62,400 nucleotides of DNA from Candidatus Omnitrophota bacterium (GTDB lineage Bacteria > Omnitrophota > Gorgyraeia > Duberdicusellales > 4484-171), in the NCBI GenBank assembly GCA_003154195.1, contig PMCS01000028.1, forward strand, positions 1 through 62,400, written 5' to 3'. Every line of letters starts with the position of its first letter. Within the stretch, counting starts at the first letter, position 1. Under the pieces are notes generated by a model that saw nothing but the letters and a program-made list of their open reading frames with translations, did not search any database and was not told the DNA's origin. This document shows positions 1 through 9,253 of the stretch, in pieces. The position numbers and the translations under genes were made by a program.

Positions 1-656
1 ATAGCATTGGCCTGATTCGTGATGGCGGTGGCTAAAGCAGTATTGGCCGTGGTTACCGCTTTTTGCGCGGTGGCGATAGCATTTGTCTGATTCGTGATGG
101 CGGTAGCTAAAGCTTTTTGTGCGTTAGTTAACGCGGTTTGAGCGTTAGTCAATGCTTTCTGCGCGGCGGTTTTTTGCGCCGGAGTTATAGCCGCGGCTAA
201 TGCGGCCTGGGCTGCGTTTACACTCGCTTGCGCTGTGCCGACCTTTGTCTGGGCAGCAGCTACCTTAGCGGCCTGGGCAGCGGTTACGGTAGCTACATTA
301 GCCACAGCTTTGTCTACTGCGGCTTGGGCTGTCGCTACCTTTGTAGCCTGGGCAGCGGTTACGGTAGCTACGTTAGCCACAGCTTTGTCTACTGCGGCCT
401 GGGCTGTCGCTACTTTTGTAGCCTGGGCAGCGGTTACGGTAGTTACATTGGCCTGGGCTGTCGCTACCAGCTTTGCCTGAGCAGCGGTCACCGTAGCCAA
501 ATTTTTTTGCGCGGCAGTTACTGGTGCCTGGGCCGTGACTACTTTAGCCCGGGCTAGTTTAGCCGCGGCAATAGCTTGGTCCAAAGTCATTGCGGCAAAA
601 ACCGGGTAAGAAGTAATTAATCCAAGAATAAGCGCTAATCCCATTACTTTTTTCAT
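1..656 (-). CDS. secreted Ala/Gln/Thr/Val-rich tandem-repeat protein (N-terminal part; runs off the left edge)
   Basis: Absent from the ORF track because there is no stop in the window. GGAGGTG lies 5 nt before the ATG at 654-656 (minus strand). Reads MKKVMGLALILGLITSYPVFA/AMTLDQAIAAAK (signal peptide), then stays open to position 1 as 25-aa units such as VTAAQATKVATAQAAVDKAVANVAT. Confidence 0.75.
   Translation of the reverse strand, partial: MKKVMGLALILGLITSYPVFAAMTLDQAIAAAKLARAKVVTAQAPVTAAQKNLATVTAAQAKLVATAQANVTTVTAAQATKVATAQAAVDKAVANVATVTAAQATKVATAQAAVDKAVANVATVTAAQAAKVAAAQTKVGTAQASVNAAQAALAAAITPAQKTAAQKALTNAQTALTNAQKALATAITNQTNAIATAQKAVTTANTALATAITNQANA
271..495. repeat. three tandem 75-bp (25-codon) repeats inside the repeat-protein gene
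   Basis: GCCTGGGCAGCGGTTACGGTAG recurs at 271, 346 and 421 with near-identical 75-bp units. The same 75-bp period is visible at 1/76 (ATAGCATT...). Confidence 0.85.
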
Positions 657-678
657 ATTTTCACCTCCGTAATATTAT

Positions 679-712
679 AAAAAAACAATCCTACCCTGAA
701 TCAAGGTAGGAT
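679..712 (-). terminator. intrinsic terminator-like hairpin inside the 5' leader of the repeat-protein gene
   Basis: The minus strand reads ATCCTACC-TTGATTCAG-GGTAGGAT followed by TGTTTTTTT. It sits only about 25 nt upstream of the SD/ATG at 656. Confidence 0.6.
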
Positions 713-930
713 CGACCGGCTTGCTCTTGTTATGCGTTTGGCAATTCAGCCGCCCTATCTTTTACCAGGGCCTGTAACTTTGCCGGCGTACTACCAAAGT
801 GCGCCGCCCTGAACCCGATACGATCCAGGGGTCCTCTGGTTACCCAGAGTTTGCCGTATTCCGCTATGACTCAGAACACTCCCCTCCCTATTATCTTATC
901 CAGGGGGGATTTATCACTCACACTCTCCAC
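713..930 (-). promoter_or_regulatory. structured leader or small RNA (candidate riboswitch/attenuator aptamer region, class unassigned)
   Basis: GC-rich segment with several clean hairpins on the minus strand: CUCUGG-GUAA-CCAGAG (834-849), CAGGGC...GCCCUG and ACUUUG...CAAAGU. It lies directly upstream of the terminator at 679-712. Confidence 0.35.
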
Positions 931-1040
931 TTATTTTATACCATATTTTACTCAAAAAAACAAATCTTAGTTTAAAATGATAATTGGCAAATGATCAATG
1001 CCCAATTTAAAATAACAGGGAGATTTTAAAATCAGCTGCC

Positions 1041-1892
1041 TTAGCGCCCCACATCAGCCAGGATGCTTCTGACCAAACTCTCCTTAATCTCATCAAACTT
1101 TACTCCCAGAAAATATTGGCCGCCCTTTTCAATATTGGAACGTATAACTTCAGCGATTAATTCCGTCTTTGGTTCTTTAGTGGGAAACTTTACTGAAATT
1201 TTTGCTTTCGGCGGCAGAAAAATAAACGTCTTTATGCCGATTGCCTTACCGCTTTCCGAAATATCGGTGCAGGTAGCGGAAATATACGAATCGGAGATAA
1301 GGCTTACTCTCCCATCCTGCGGCTTAAATTCTACCGGGAGTTTAATGGAAATCCGTTCCGATTCCCGCCAAAAAGGAATCAGGTTTAACCCCCGGGGAGA
1401 CACGACCAGGCCTTCCAAATCAAAATATTTATTGTCGGGCCCGAAAATTTTATTTATCTGGCTGACCATTGACGACGGGCTGGCAAATAACGGGCAGATC
1501 TCGGCCCCGGTCCGCATACCGATTGTATTAATAAAATCGCTGTCTAAGGGGTTGACCATGGCCACGTAGAGAGAGGCGTCTATTTTAAAGAGAGGTAAAA
1601 ATAAATGCTGCCGGTAGGCGTCTTCGTTGAATAGATTTAAGAGGCCCTCATCAAACTTATAATCGCTGAGCCGGACAAAAGGGATGGCGGCATGTTGAGC
1701 GAAAAAGATAAAAATATCCTCTTCGCTCAAAAATCCCAACTTTACGATTGCCGAGTATAAAGACTTCTTCGATTCTTTTTGCTCTTCTTTGGCTTTAAGA
1801 AATTCCGCCGGGCTAAGCCAATTTTCTTTAATTAACTTGTTTTCCAGGCTGTTTCTGTGATTTTCGTCCCAACCGGAAGGATGATTGTCCAT
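1041..1892 (-). CDS. GspE/MshE N-terminal (T2SSE_N) domain fused to a C-terminal PilZ domain; putative c-di-GMP receptor
   Basis: The N-terminal half resembles T2SSE_N (LYSAIVKLGFLSEEDIFIFFAQ..., LFLPLFKIDASLYVAMVNPLD). The C-terminal part carries the PilZ motifs RESER (RxxxR) and DISESG (DxSxxG). Confidence 0.75.
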   Translation of the reverse strand: MDNHPSGWDENHRNSLENKLIKENWLSPAEFLKAKEEQKESKKSLYSAIVKLGFLSEEDIFIFFAQHAAIPFVRLSDYKFDEGLLNLFNEDAYRQHLFLPLFKIDASLYVAMVNPLDSDFINTIGMRTGAEICPLFASPSSMVSQINKIFGPDNKYFDLEGLVVSPRGLNLIPFWRESERISIKLPVEFKPQDGRVSLISDSYISATCTDISESGKAIGIKTFIFLPPKAKISVKFPTKEPKTELIAEVIRSNIEKGGQYFLGVKFDEIKESLVRSILADVGR

Positions 1893-1927
1893 TTTAACGC
1901 GGCTTCCTTTTTAAGATAGGCGGCCTG

Positions 1928-2533
1928 TCACGCCGTTTTTTCCTTCGTCCCTTGTCCTTCATCCTTCGTTTTTTCCTGAGGGTAATATTTTTTAATAAAT
2001 TCTTCCACAATCGCCGAAACATGTTTTTCTTCCATCGCGTAAGCCATATCGCCGCTTATTTCTTTACCGACCATACCGGGATATTTTTCTTTCAACACGC
2101 GCAGCCACTCGGCTTGCTGACGGGCGATTTGTAAAAGCAAGCGGTTTTCTTTTAAAATACGGTAATAATCAAATGATTGTTTTATTAATGTCTTCAACTC
2201 TTCCACTTCGATGGGCTTAAGGATATAACGCCAGATATGCGCCTTGTTGATCGCGTCCATCGCGCTGTTCAAATCGGGGTAACCGGTAATAAGGATTCTT
2301 ATCGTATCCGGATAGAGGCGCTTCACTTTGATGAAAAAATCTACCCCCAGCATACCCGGTAATTTATTATCGCAAATGATTACCTCCATTTCTCCTTTTT
2401 CCTGAAGCGTTTTCCAACCCTCTTCCGCGTCTTTAGCCAGATATACTTCTCGCTCTTCGCCCTCAACAACCCGTTTTAACGAAGAAAGAATATTCGGCTC
2501 ATCGTCGATAATAAGAAGCGTATGCTTAGTCAT
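1928..2533 (-). CDS. response regulator (CheY-like receiver plus an uncharacterised C-terminal region of about 80 aa)
   Basis: LLIIDDEPNIL, the acidic pocket, CDNKLPGMLG and ILKP are typical REC signatures. Overlaps the upstream PilZ gene by 8 nt. Confidence 0.85.
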   Translation of the reverse strand: MTKHTLLIIDDEPNILSSLKRVVEGEEREVYLAKDAEEGWKTLQEKGEMEVIICDNKLPGMLGVDFFIKVKRLYPDTIRILITGYPDLNSAMDAINKAHIWRYILKPIEVEELKTLIKQSFDYYRILKENRLLLQIARQQAEWLRVLKEKYPGMVGKEISGDMAYAMEEKHVSAIVEEFIKKYYPQEKTKDEGQGTKEKTA

Positions 2534-2885
2534 TTTTATCCCACTTTTCTATTAATTCTCCTAAAAAGTTTTCCGATTCCCGGGGGAATATCTTAATAAA
2601 TTTTATTCCCATCCCCGGCGGTAGAACCTTGTCTTCCTTGACCGCGCCGGGCTCTCCCCTGTTCCAAACCACTACCGCTTTAGCCTGGATTTTTCTTGTA
2701 TCTTCTTTGCCGAAATCGAAAATAACTTCCAGGGTTGTGCCGGGAGACTCTATTTTTTTCGCAACAACAAACATCCCGCCCCGGGAAACATTCATAACTT
2801 GCGCGTTCTGCCACACATGATCACTTCGGTAATCAACACAAAATTTTACATTAATCCGGGGGTGCCGGCGGTTTTCCATACGCAC
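2526..2885 (-). CDS. single-domain PilZ protein
   Basis: Carries RRHPR (RxxxR) and NVSRGG (D/NxSxxG) motifs; 119 aa. Confidence 0.8.
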   Translation of the reverse strand: MRMENRRHPRINVKFCVDYRSDHVWQNAQVMNVSRGGMFVVAKKIESPGTTLEVIFDFGKEDTRKIQAKAVVVWNRGEPGAVKEDKVLPPGMGIKFIKIFPRESENFLGELIEKWDKND

Positions 2886-3018
2886 ACCAATCGTCTTTCT
2901 TAGCTAAAACGACAAAAAGCCGTAGGCTTCGCCCCCCCCATCATTTTAATATTAAAATACGGGGCGCCGGACCGCGCCTTAATATTGTCCTGGGATGGCA
3001 GGACTGCCGAATGAGCAA

Positions 3019-3219
3019 TTATTTAGGTTGATTCGCGTCGTGCAAATTCAAAGCGATACTGAAAAGCAAACACATCATTGACAGGAATAAACATTCTTTA
3101 TAATTTATGCCGAAAGGAACCTGAGAAAAACTTAAGATTCTCAACACTACTCCAATTACAAAACTGACAAATGCCAATGCTACGAAAAAATCATCGCCCA
3201 CACGATAAACATTCTTCAT
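3019..3219 (-). CDS. small membrane protein (66 aa, two hydrophobic helices)
   Basis: Strong SD (AAGGAGG) 5 nt upstream of the ATG; hydrophobic segments FFVALAFVSFVIGVVL and LFLSMMCLLFSIAL. Confidence 0.55.
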   Translation of the reverse strand: MKNVYRVGDDFFVALAFVSFVIGVVLRILSFSQVPFGINYKECLFLSMMCLLFSIALNLHDANQPK

Positions 3220-3415
3220 ACCTGCCTCCTTATTTTTTTACTTCGTAAAAAAAATATCCCCTCCGCTTCGCGGATAAAAAACTCTTAACCCTTAGCTATT
3301 CCCCTCTGCCTTCTACTTTCCCTATATTATAGCTTTATCGAATTTTTAATTCAACTATTTATTTTTTGGCAAAAACTGAATTGCCGCCGGCCGCAAAAAT
3401 ATTGGTTTTAGCAAA

Positions 3416-4216
3416 CTATTTAATAGAATTTTCGCTTTTCGGTAAAACCACCGTGAAGGTACTCCCCTTGCCCACGACACTTTGCGTCTCTATTCTTCCT
3501 TTATGCCTTTCGATGATATCTTTGCTTACCGATAAACCCAGCCCTGTCCCATTCTTCGTCGTGTAAAAAGGCTCAAAAATCCTGGGGTAATCCTGCGGTT
3601 TTATTCCGTCTCCCGTATCGGTTATTTTTATGAAAATATATTTGTCGTCTTCATGCGTCGAAAGGTAAACCGTTCCCTTATCTTTTATCGCCTGCACCGC
3701 GTTAAGAATAAGATTGAGAAAAACCTGGCTTACCTGATTAGGGTCAACCCACAATTGAGTCGAAGCCTTATAATCCTTAACCACATCTACTTTGTATTTT
3801 ATTTCATTCCACAATATCCTGATCGTAGAATCCAATAAATTGTTGATATCGGAAAAAACTTTCTTTCCCTGCGCCGGATGCGAAAACGATAATAAATCCT
3901 TAACAATCCTTCTTATTCTCTCCGAACCTTCCATACATTCGCTCAAAAGGACTTTTGCTTCTTCCTTATCTATATTCGCTTCATCCATATGTTTAAGCAA
4001 AAGGTTTAAATCCGTAATTAAAAAAGTCAGTGGATTATTTATCTCGTGAGCGACGCCCGCGGCTAATGTCCCCAGCGACGCCATTTTTTCCAGATGAATA
4101 AGCTGAGCCTTTTCTTCTTTTACTTTATTGATACAAAAACTCAATCTTTTTTTATAATAAAGATGGGTAACCGCGGCACCGGCCAGGGTTGTCAAAATAA
4201 TTAAAATAATATTCAT
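3416..4216 (-). CDS. sensor histidine kinase (one N-terminal TM helix, HisKA, HATPase_c)
   Basis: H-box GVAHEINNPL, N-box LILNAVQA, G-boxes DTGDGI and GTGLGLS. Confidence 0.9.
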   Translation of the reverse strand: MNIILIILTTLAGAAVTHLYYKKRLSFCINKVKEEKAQLIHLEKMASLGTLAAGVAHEINNPLTFLITDLNLLLKHMDEANIDKEEAKVLLSECMEGSERIRRIVKDLLSFSHPAQGKKVFSDINNLLDSTIRILWNEIKYKVDVVKDYKASTQLWVDPNQVSQVFLNLILNAVQAIKDKGTVYLSTHEDDKYIFIKITDTGDGIKPQDYPRIFEPFYTTKNGTGLGLSVSKDIIERHKGRIETQSVVGKGSTFTVVLPKSENSIK

Positions 4217-4303
4217 ATTCTTCCCTTTAAAAAAATTTATCCTTCAGCAATCTCGCTAAAATAATCTATCTGGTTTTCCCGCCGGCGTCGCGGGAAAAAC
4301 TGA

Positions 4304-5530
4304 TTACTGTTTTTGCATTGCCCCGATAAGATTCCACATCGGCATGAATATCGCCAGAGCCATGCCCATAACGGCAAGGCCGAGAACCGCCGTCATTAAA
4401 GGTTCGATCAATGAGGTCAAAGTTTTCATTGAGTTGCGCACTTCCGAAGTATAATAGTCGCATAAAGAATCAAGCATACTTGATAGAGAACCGGTTTTTT
4501 CTCCAATGGAAATCATATATCCTACCAGCCGGGGAAATAACTTGCTGTTAAGCACGCCTCCGGAAACACCCTTACCGTCGGCGACATCTCTTTTAATACT
4601 TTCGATATCTTTAGCCAGGACTACATTTCCTATGGTAATTTTGACAATATCAAGGATTTTTAATATCGGCAGCCCCGCCTGGTACAACACGCTGAGCATC
4701 GAAGAAAAACGCAGCATCACTATTTTATTATAAACCTTGCCGAAAACCGGCATTCGAAATTTAAAATTATCCCAGATTACCCTTACGCCGGGCATATTCA
4801 ATAACATCTTAGCGCCCACGGGTAAAGCCGCCAGCACCGGAAAGGTGATAAACCAGAACTTTCTAAAAGCAACGCTTATCGCCAACATTACTTGCGTAGG
4901 CAGAGGAAGCTGAGAACCTAAGCCGGAATACATCTTAACAAATTGCGGTAAAACCACTACCGACAAAACGAAAAGAGCGATGAATAGGGCGATCACTACC
5001 ATAATCGGATAGCGCAACGCCGCCCGCACATCGGTTTTAGTCGCCTCCTCTTCTTCTACCACTATAGATAAACGCAATAAAACTTTATCCAGAACGCCGC
5101 CGGTTTCACCGGCGACGACGGTATTGACATACAGGTCGCTGAAAACCCCCGGATGCTTGGCCATGGCTTCGGAAAGCCTGGCGCCTTCTTCAATATCATG
5201 GATAACTTGGTGCAGAGCTTCCTTCAAAGCTAGATCTTCGGCTTGTTCCGCTAAAACGCCTAAACCTTCCATAATGGGGACTGCGGCCTTAACAATCGTA
5301 GCAAATTGTCTGGTAAAAACGATAAGCGCTTTTGTCGATGCCTTGCTTACCCCTTTTTTCAAAAGCCGCTCTAGAAGAGGGGGGGCTTTCTCGCCCTTAA
5401 ATGATATGTTTATCGGCACATAATTTAGTTTTGCCAGCTGTGTCGAAACATCAAGTTCATCTTTTGCTTCAAGATTGCCCTTGACGATTTTACCCCGGGA
5501 ATCCGTAGCTTTGTAAGCGTATATACCCAT
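4304..5530 (-). CDS. pilC: type IV pilus / T2SS platform protein (PilC/GspF/MshG family)
   Basis: 408 aa with duplicated T2SSF-like cytoplasmic domains and three TM regions. Sequence is typical of GspF/PilC (LSEAMAKHPGVFSDLYVNTVVAGETGG, GEKTGSL). Confidence 0.9.
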   Translation of the reverse strand: MGIYAYKATDSRGKIVKGNLEAKDELDVSTQLAKLNYVPINISFKGEKAPPLLERLLKKGVSKASTKALIVFTRQFATIVKAAVPIMEGLGVLAEQAEDLALKEALHQVIHDIEEGARLSEAMAKHPGVFSDLYVNTVVAGETGGVLDKVLLRLSIVVEEEEATKTDVRAALRYPIMVVIALFIALFVLSVVVLPQFVKMYSGLGSQLPLPTQVMLAISVAFRKFWFITFPVLAALPVGAKMLLNMPGVRVIWDNFKFRMPVFGKVYNKIVMLRFSSMLSVLYQAGLPILKILDIVKITIGNVVLAKDIESIKRDVADGKGVSGGVLNSKLFPRLVGYMISIGEKTGSLSSMLDSLCDYYTSEVRNSMKTLTSLIEPLMTAVLGLAVMGMALAIFMPMWNLIGAMQKQ

Positions 5531-5648
5531 AGTATTAAAAAATGGTTAAGGCAACGGCAACGATGCCTGTATGGGCCAGGGTTAAGGTTAGGGCTGAAAT
5601 TTTCAGCCTCTTAACCTTTGCCTTAACCCATCCCTAGCCGTTACCTTA

Positions 5649-6491
5649 TTAACTAAGATTGAACTCTTTCACTATCGAAACGATAAAGTTGGCGTCAATT
5701 TTCGTAGTCTTCTTGGCGAAACCGGAAAGCAAAACCAAATCGCACAAAGTATTTATCCGGCGCGGTATGCCCCCGCTATAAGCAAAAATCGCCTTTACTG
5801 TTTCTTTATCAAAAAAAGCCTTTAAGTCCCCCGTCGGCGCCGCTTCGTTGCTTGCCGTTTTTATTCTGAACTCCAGATATTTAGCGACATCTTCTTCCGT
5901 GAGCGGGCCTAAATGACAGCGTATAGGTATTCTCTGAGTAAAAGGCTTTAAGGCGTCGATTTTATCCTTAAGCTCGGGCTGCCCCAGAAGGATAAGGGTT
6001 AAAAGGAATCTCTCCTCGGTCTGAAAATTCAAAATCATCCGTAACTGTTCAAAAACCCTGAGATCATCAATCGCGTGAGCTTCATCAATGATAATTATAT
6101 TTTCTTTACCGTCGCGGATATTATCCAGAAAAATATTATATAGTTTTTCTAAAAGGGGGTCGATCAGCATTTCCGTCTTCTTTTCCGGCAAACTTTGCGG
6201 CCTTAGAGAACGCACGATAGAGCGTATTATTTCTGCCGGTTCGGACACTACGGGATTGTTGATATAAGCCGTACAAAATTTCTGCGGGCCTAAATCCTTT
6301 AAAATAACTCTGGCTAAAAGGGTTTTCCCGCAGCCAAAGATCCCCGTAAGCATGCCGCAGCCTAAATTCTGGGCGATTACATAAGTAAGCTTCATCAAAG
6401 CATCCTCGTGCTGCGGCGACAAATAAAGATACTTCGGGTCGGGAGTATTTTGAAAAGGTTTTTCTTTTAGATTCCAGTATTGTTCGTACAT
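5649..6491 (-). CDS. ExeA/GspA/MshM-like AAA ATPase
   Basis: The N-terminus YWNLKEKPFQNTPDPKYLYLSPQHEDAL is typical of ExeA/MshM. Walker A GIFGCGKT; Walker B IIIIDEAH. Confidence 0.85.
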   Translation of the reverse strand: MYEQYWNLKEKPFQNTPDPKYLYLSPQHEDALMKLTYVIAQNLGCGMLTGIFGCGKTLLARVILKDLGPQKFCTAYINNPVVSEPAEIIRSIVRSLRPQSLPEKKTEMLIDPLLEKLYNIFLDNIRDGKENIIIIDEAHAIDDLRVFEQLRMILNFQTEERFLLTLILLGQPELKDKIDALKPFTQRIPIRCHLGPLTEEDVAKYLEFRIKTASNEAAPTGDLKAFFDKETVKAIFAYSGGIPRRINTLCDLVLLSGFAKKTTKIDANFIVSIVKEFNLS

Positions 6492-6590
6492 AGTTCAGAT
6501 GACAGTTAGGCAGATGCCAGATAAGCAGCCGACAGATATTCGATATTTGCCTAATCTGCTTATCTGTCTATCCGATATCTGATATCTGTA

Positions 6591-8408
6591 TTACTTATTG
6601 CTCAACCACTTGGTCATGCGCGATTTATATTCCTCCAAAGCCTTAGCGTCAACCTTGACGTCTTTTACTTGAGCAAGTTTTTCTTTTGACTCCTCAATGA
6701 CATTTAAGTAAGGTTTAACTTCTACCGTCGCCGGTTTATCGTCTTTTTTAATTTCCCCCTGCTCCTCGCAAACGCGGGCGACTTCTTCAAAAGTAGTCAT
6801 ACCTTTTAAAACTTTTTCCCGGCCGTCTTCCCACAAAAGCTTCATCCCTTTTTCCTGCGATTTTTTGCGCAGCGCTACTGCCGTGGCGTTCTGGTTGATC
6901 ATTTCTTTTAGTTCATCGTCTACCACCATCAATTCAAAAATACCGATTCTTCCCCTAAAGCCCGTGCCTTTGCAATCAGGACAACCCACTCCCTTATATG
7001 CCTTAACGTCTTTTATCTCTTCTAAATTCCATTTTTTAACCATGGCCTTGCTGGGATCATACGCTTGTTTGCATTTAGGACAGATAACCCGGACTAAACG
7101 TTGGGCCATAATCCCGGTGATAGAAGCGGCGGCTAAAAAAGGTTCGATGCCGATATCCACCAGCCGGGCGATCGAAGAAGGAGCGTCGTTGGTATGCAGC
7201 GTGGAAAAAACAAGATGGCCGGTCAATGCCGCCTGAACCGCCATTCTCGCGGTTTCCAAGTCGCGGATCTCTCCCACCATAACCACATCAGGGTCCTGAC
7301 GCAAAATCGCGCGCAGGCCGTTGGCAAAAGTAATCCCGGCTTTAGGGTTAACCTGTACCTGACGAATCAGGCCTAAACGATACTCCACCGGGTCTTCCAG
7401 GGTGATAATGTTTATATCCGGCGTGTTTATTCTCATCAGCGCGGAATATAATGTCGTGGTTTTACCGCTGCCGGTAGGGCCGGTAGAAAGGATGATCCCA
7501 TAAGGCCGGGAAATAAGCATTTCGTATCGTTTTAAATCTTCGTAGGTAGAAAAACCCAGCCGCTCTAAACCGATAGTAACAGAAGAGGTATCCAGCAAAC
7601 GCATTACTACATTCTCACCGTGTATCGTCGCCAGCGTGGATACACGGAAATCCACGACCTTGTCGTCGACTTTCGACTGGAAGTGGCCGTCCTGGGGAAC
7701 GCGCGACTCGGCGATATCCATCCCCGACAAAACTTTTATCCGGGAGGTGATCGCCGATTCCCACTCTTTGGGCGGAGAAGGGATTTCGTGCATGATTCCG
7801 TCAATGCGAAAACGCAGGCGCAGCATTTCACCCTCCGGTTCGACATGGATATCGCTGGCCCGGTCTCGAACCGCCTGGGCGATAATCAAATCGACGATTT
7901 TTACAATCGAAGTGGTTTCGCTTAAAGCCTTGCCCTCTTCTTTCATCTCTTTAAATTCCGTGAAGAGAGCCGCGCTTTCATCTTTTTTATAGATTCTATT
8001 TATCGTTTCTTCGATTTCATCGGGGCTGGAAAGAAGGACCTCAATGGCGTAGTTGGTGAACAACTGCACCTGGTCGATCAACGAAACGTTCATGGGGTCT
8101 TCCATAGCGATATGCAGAACGTCGTCTTTTATGAATAAAGGGACGGATTTGGTGGAACGGGCCAATTCTTCGGAATAAATCTTTAAAAGTTCCGGGGCAA
8201 CTTCCAGGCCGGCTAAATTTCTGTATTCGATTCCGATACGTTCGGAAATCACCTTATAAAGAGATTCTTTCTCTAAAAGGTGCATGTCGAGGACAACCCT
8301 TTCCAGCGGCCGTTTTAACTTCTGCGTTTCGCCTAAAGCTTTTTCTATTTCCTCGGGGTTGAGTAGATTAGCTTCGAGTAAAAAAATTTTTAATTCCGCA
8401 TCGTTCAT
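6591..8408 (-). CDS. pilB: GspE-family type IV pilus assembly ATPase (PilB/MshE-like)
   Basis: T2SSE_N N-terminus, Walker A GPTGSGKTTT, Asp and His boxes, tetracysteine CPKC...CPDC. Has a C-terminal extension of about 60 aa. Confidence 0.93.
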   Translation of the reverse strand: MNDAELKIFLLEANLLNPEEIEKALGETQKLKRPLERVVLDMHLLEKESLYKVISERIGIEYRNLAGLEVAPELLKIYSEELARSTKSVPLFIKDDVLHIAMEDPMNVSLIDQVQLFTNYAIEVLLSSPDEIEETINRIYKKDESAALFTEFKEMKEEGKALSETTSIVKIVDLIIAQAVRDRASDIHVEPEGEMLRLRFRIDGIMHEIPSPPKEWESAITSRIKVLSGMDIAESRVPQDGHFQSKVDDKVVDFRVSTLATIHGENVVMRLLDTSSVTIGLERLGFSTYEDLKRYEMLISRPYGIILSTGPTGSGKTTTLYSALMRINTPDINIITLEDPVEYRLGLIRQVQVNPKAGITFANGLRAILRQDPDVVMVGEIRDLETARMAVQAALTGHLVFSTLHTNDAPSSIARLVDIGIEPFLAAASITGIMAQRLVRVICPKCKQAYDPSKAMVKKWNLEEIKDVKAYKGVGCPDCKGTGFRGRIGIFELMVVDDELKEMINQNATAVALRKKSQEKGMKLLWEDGREKVLKGMTTFEEVARVCEEQGEIKKDDKPATVEVKPYLNVIEESKEKLAQVKDVKVDAKALEEYKSRMTKWLSNK

Positions 8409-9253
8409 CGTATATCTCTACTCTTAATGTAATCTACCCAATTTTTGATCGCCTCGCGATCTTTGCCTTTAGGGGCGTATTGTAAATACAGGTTATAATA
8501 GCTTATCGCCTTAACGTAGTCATTTAAGAAATTTTCGTAGATGATGCCTAAATTATAATAAGCGTCTATATCGCGCCGATTCAACTCGATGACTTTTTCG
8601 AACGCTTCGACCGCCTGTTGGTATTCAGCTCGATTCAGGTAAATAATGCCCAGATTATAGCGGATATTACGGTCACGAGGGCGGATCTTTAAAACCTGCT
8701 CGTAAAGTTTTATCGCCTCAGCGTACGCGCCCATCATTTCTTTTTGCGCGGCCGCAGCCCCCTCGTAATCCCTTATTTCTTCCTTCTGCGCCCTGGTTTT
8801 ATCCATCCGTAAACCTCTGACGCAAAACTTTTCCGCTTTAGCCAGAATATCTTCCGGGCTATCGGGTTTTTTAGCCGGCTCTGAGCCGACAAAAATAATT
8901 TTCTTTTTATCGTTCTTCTTCCCTGATCCGGGAGCGTTAACCTGAGTATCGGCGCCAACCGGGTAGGCGGCAGGAACAGCGTTAAGGGTATTTTCCTTGC
9001 CGGCGGATAACACATCTGCCGCGTCGGCCGGCCCCAAATCTTTGGCCTCTAAGCCGTTAAGCAAAACTTCGGCGCGTTTAAATGCCTCGTTGGCCTGTCG
9101 GTATTTTCCCTGAGCAATCAACTCTTTTCCCTGAAGATAATAATCCTGGGCGTTTTTTGCGCTAAATCCCGGCGCGGAAATTTCCTGCGGCTGCGCGTAA
9201 CTGATACCGCATATCCCCCAAAAAACTACAAGAATAACAACCTTTCTCAGCAT
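8405..9253 (-). CDS. secreted TPR-repeat protein (MshN-like position)
   Basis: Signal peptide MLRKVVILVVFWGICGISYAQ. TPR-like AxxYYxxG repeats (YNLGIIY twice). The stop overlaps the ATPase start by 4 nt. Confidence 0.75.
   Translation of the reverse strand: MLRKVVILVVFWGICGISYAQPQEISAPGFSAKNAQDYYLQGKELIAQGKYRQANEAFKRAEVLLNGLEAKDLGPADAADVLSAGKENTLNAVPAAYPVGADTQVNAPGSGKKNDKKKIIFVGSEPAKKPDSPEDILAKAEKFCVRGLRMDKTRAQKEEIRDYEGAAAAQKEMMGAYAEAIKLYEQVLKIRPRDRNIRYNLGIIYLNRAEYQQAVEAFEKVIELNRRDIDAYYNLGIIYENFLNDYVKAISYYNLYLQYAPKGKDREAIKNWVDYIKSRDIR

Noticed and set aside
228-557. Plus-strand ORFs 228-557 and 235-480 (Gly/Ser/Tyr- or Ala/Thr/Trp-rich).
   Set aside because: They are alternative-frame, opposite-strand readings of the 75-bp tandem repeats. 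The minus-strand frame has an SD, an ATG and a signal peptide and stays open to the window edge, so these are repeat-induced artefacts.
713-930. Assigning the leader to SRP RNA (UUUACCAGG word on the plus strand) or to a TPP riboswitch (CUGAGU and CUGGAU..AU words on the minus strand).
   Set aside because: The SRP domain IV consensus (GGAA...AGCA symmetric loop) is absent. The TPP spacing and P4/P5 consensus do not fit, and the downstream gene is unrelated to thiamine.
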